Positions 62,208 to 64,000 of a DNA stretch of 64,000 nt are shown one piece after another. The notes below the pieces were generated by a model. The model saw nothing but the letters and a program-made list of their open reading frames with translations. It made no database searches and was not told the origin of the DNA. Origin of the DNA: Eledone cirrhosa (Eukaryota); the NCBI GenBank assembly GCA_964016885.1, contig OZ024740.1, positions 433,504,001 to 433,568,000 of the forward strand, given 5' to 3'. A program made the translations under genes and the position numbers. Numbering within the stretch: the stretch's first letter is position 1; each line of letters begins with the position of its first letter.

Positions 62208-64000
62208 AGGTGAAAGACTTAGTTTCTCTCATCTGTTTGGGGTGAAAGACGTAGTTTCTCTCATCTGTTTGGGGTGAAAGACCTAGTTTCTGTCATCTGT
62301 TTGAGGTGAAAGGCCTAGTTTCTTTCATCTGTTTGAGGTGAAAGACGTAGTTTCTCTCATCTGTTTGGAGTGAAAGACCTAGTTTCACTCATCGGTTTGG
62401 AGTGTAAGACCTAGTTTCACTCATCTGTTTGAGGTGAAAGACTTAGTTTCTCTCATCTGTTTGGGGTAAAAGACGTAGTTTCTCTCATCTGTTTGGGGTG
62501 AAAGACCTAGATTCTGTCATCTGTTTGAGTTGAAAGGCCTAGTTTCTTTCATGTGTTTGAGGTGAAAGGCCTAGTTTCTCTCATCTGTTTGGGGTGAAAG
62601 ACTTAGTTTCTCTCATCTGTTTGAGGTGAAAGGCCTAGTTTCTCTCATCTGTTTGGGGTGAAAGACTTAGTTTCTCTCATCTGTTTGAGGTGAAATACTT
62701 ATTTTCATTCATCTGTTTGGGGTGAAAGACCCAGTTTCTCTCATCTGTTTGGCGTGAAAAACCTAGTTTCTCTCATCTGTTTGGGATGAAAGACCTAGTT
62801 TCTGTCATCTGTTTGGGGTGAAAGACCTAGTTTCTTTCATCTGTTTGGGATGAAAGACCTAGTTTCTTTCATCTGTTTGGGGTAAAAGACCTAGTTTATC
62901 TCATCTGTCTGGGGTGAAAGACCTAGTTAATCCTATCTGTTTGGGGTGAAAGACCTAGTTTCTTTCATCTGTTTGGGATGAAAGACTTAGTTTCTCTCAT
63001 CTGTTTGGGATGAAAGACCTAGTTTCTTTCATCTGTTTGAGGTGAAAGACCTAGTTTCTCTCATCTGTTTGGGGTGAAAGACCTACTTTCCCACATCTGT
63101 TCGGGGTGAAAGACCTAGTTTCTCTCATCTGTTTCAGGTGAAAGACCTAGTTTCTCTCATCTGTGTGGGGTGAAAGACCTAGTTTCTCTCATCTGTTTGG
63201 GGTGAAAGACCTAGTTTCTCTCATCTGTTTGGGATGAAAGACCTAGTTTCTTCCATCTGTTTGGGGTGAGAGACCTAGTTTCTCTCATCTGTTTGGGATG
63301 AGAGACCTAGTTTCTGTCATGTTTGGGGTGAAAGACCTAGTTTCATCTGTTTGAGGTGAAAGACCTAGTTTCTCTCATCTGTTTGGGGTGAAAGACCTAG
63401 TTTGTCTCATCTGTTTGGGGTGAAACACCTAGTTTATCTCATCCGTTTGGGGTGAAAGACCTAGTTTCTCCTATCTGTTTGGGGTGAAAGACCTAGTTTC
63501 TCTCATCTGTTTGGGGTGAAAGACCTAGTTTCTCTCATCTGTTTGGGGTGAAAGACCTAGTTTCTCTCATCTGTTTGGGATGAAAGTCCTAGTTTCTTTC
63601 ATCTGTTTGGGGTGAAAGACCTAGTTTCTTTCATCTGTTTGAGGTGAAAGACCTAGTTCCATCTGTTTGAAGTGAAAGACCTAGTTTCTCTCATCTGTTT
63701 GGAGTGAAAGACCTAGTTTCACTCATCTGTTTGAGGTGAAAGACTTAGTTTCTCTCATCTGTTTGGGGTGAAAGACGTAGTTTCTCTCATCTGTTTGGGG
63801 TGAAAGACCTAGTTTCTGTCATCTGTTTGAGGTGAAAGGCCTAGTTTCTTTCATCTGTTTGAGGTGAAAGACGTAGTTTCTCTCATCTGTTTGGAGTGAA
63901 AGACCTAGTTTCACTCATCGGTTTGGAGTGTAAGACCTAGTTTCACTCATCTGTTTGAGGTGAAAGACTTAGTTTCTCTCATCTGTTTGGGGTAAAAGAC
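61350..64000. repeat. Tandem duplication within the satellite, period 1,526 bp (48 monomers), truncated by the window end
   Basis: GTTAATCC 61400/62926 and GGTAAAAGAC 62465/63991. 48x32 minus 10 = 1526. Confidence 0.87.

Larger units (their letters stand above)
1..64000. repeat. Tandem satellite DNA array, 32-bp monomer GTGAAAGACCTAGTTTCTCTCATCTGTTTGGG, about 2,000 head-to-tail copies; runs off both window edges
   Basis: The motif GAAAGACCTAGTTTC recurs every 32 bp from position 1 to the end. Most copies differ from consensus by 0-3 substitutions, with a few 26-31 bp deletion monomers. No non-satellite sequence or strand switch was seen. Confidence 0.99.

Noticed and set aside
1-64000. CRISPR array: rephased, the unit reads GTTTC...TGAAAGAC with an internal hairpin and a CRISPR-like length
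   Set aside because: Repeats are directly adjacent with no unique spacers, there is no leader or cas gene, and variation follows block duplication typical of satellites.
1-64000. Protein-coding repeat ORF on either strand
   Set aside because: Each consensus monomer has TGA and TAG on both strands. Because 32 is not divisible by 3, every frame meets stops within about 96 bp.
1-64000. G-quadruplex array from repeated GGGG
   Set aside because: G-runs are separated by about 28-nt loops and are often broken (GGGA, GAGG, GGAG), so this is not a canonical G4 pattern.
1-64000. True telomerase-made telomere tract
   Set aside because: Kilobase-scale duplication of variant patterns indicates recombinational amplification rather than copying from a single template. 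TTAGGG-type motifs are isolated.
1-64000. Identity with a named 32-bp satellite such as the great-ape subterminal pCht/StSat
   Set aside because: Only the length matches. The sequence does not resemble my recollection of that consensus, and a Dfam, Repbase or BLAST search is needed for any assignment.
1-64000. Information-bearing variant code, such as a spacer-like or diversity-generating cassette library
   Set aside because: The variant order is explained by inheritance through duplication of an ancestral HOR. No recipient gene, recombinase or reverse transcriptase is present in the window.
1-64000. Embedded transposon, inversion or unique island
   Set aside because: Reading through, I found no interruption or reverse-orientation monomer (no CTAGGTCTTTCAC on the + strand). 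A very short insertion could have been missed by eye.
1-64000. Pure sequencing or rolling-circle amplification artefact
   Set aside because: Variants are reproducible, hierarchically nested and region-specific rather than random errors on one template. Individual near-identical blocks could still be misassembled.

Overview
The whole 64 kb window is one uninterrupted, single-orientation tandem satellite array of about 2,000 copies of a 32-bp monomer (consensus GTGAAAGACCTAGTTTCTCTCATCTGTTTGGG; 14/32 GC, 12 T vs 6 A, no CpG). I see no genes, RNA genes, transposon insertions, unique DNA, inversions or CRISPR spacers, and I cannot assign the satellite to a named family or organism, though it is probably eukaryotic heterochromatin. 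Two layers of hidden structure are visible. (1) The monomer is a quasi-palindrome built as 9-bp arm, 7-nt loop, inverted 9-bp arm, 7-nt loop, so dyad axes fall every 16 bp. The commonest variants are the ones that perfect the pairing, and several multi-base variants look templated by inverted sequence. (2) Rare variants reveal an ancestral higher-order repeat of about 120 monomers (about 3.8 kb). It has been rearranged by nested recent tandem duplications of 1.0-7.7 kb, regional marker domains and one 39.9-kb-distant near-identical block. All alignments were done by eye, so block edges are approximate. No new biological system is demonstrated; the dyad architecture is the best lead.
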